Below are positions 63,681-64,000 of a stretch of 64,000 nucleotides of DNA, piece by piece. The DNA is from Octopus vulgaris (Eukaryota), in assembly GCA_951406725.2 (NCBI GenBank), contig OX597818.1:135718001-135782000 (forward strand), read 5' to 3'. Every line of letters begins with the position of its first letter. The stretch's first letter is position 1. The notes below the pieces were generated by a model. The model saw nothing but the letters and a program-made list of their open reading frames with translations, was not told the origin of the DNA and made no database searches. Both the position numbers and the translations under genes were made by a program.

Positions 63681-64000
63681 ACTGACTACTACTACTACTG
63701 CTGCTGCTAGTCTGTCTATGAATGAATATTCTGTGACAATAACTACCAATTCAACCACAAATCCTCACCATCTCCACCACAGTTATTTATTGGTCTACGT
63801 CTTCAGTAATCCTAATACATGCTGTATAATCCCAGTATTAACGTCACTAATCTGATCTGTTTTATTGAAAGGGATATCTATTAATATAGATTTACGATTA
63901 GCTAAGTCGTTACAATGTTTGACTTACAAACTAAAAGGTTAATAGATTGTGACTTCTCGTCGGTGCTATGTACTTATCAATAGTTTAGTGCAACTGTAAA

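Overview
AT-rich eukaryotic DNA made almost entirely of repeats. No intact host gene was recognised. The repeat families (tRNA-derived SINEs with internal (TA)n/(TG)n, RTE LINE 3' ends with (GAT)n tails, very dense microsatellites) suggest a coleoid cephalopod, probably Octopus; this is an inference. Recognisable elements are a Penelope-like (PLE) GIY-YIG fragment, a 5'-truncated RTE LINE plus about 20 RTE 3'-end copies, mariner and DD37D (maT-type) transposase relics, a Gypsy gag relic, a solo LTR, a probable L1/Tx1-like ORF1 relic, TTAA, TA and hAT MITEs, two long foldback elements, and three SINE families. The strongest unexplained signal is six type I hammerhead ribozyme (HHR) folds: 756-800 (+), 1274-1336 (-), 13876-13918 (-), 32073-32115 (-, decayed), 44788-44868 (+, canonical core) and 52339-52389 (+, G3:C8 covariant). 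Two lie in 340-357 bp non-coding units integrated as more than one monomer, which resembles retrozyme or circular-RNA elements. Another family has a copy that starts at the predicted cleavage site. All folds and alignments were made by eye, and coordinates of decayed repeats are approximate.
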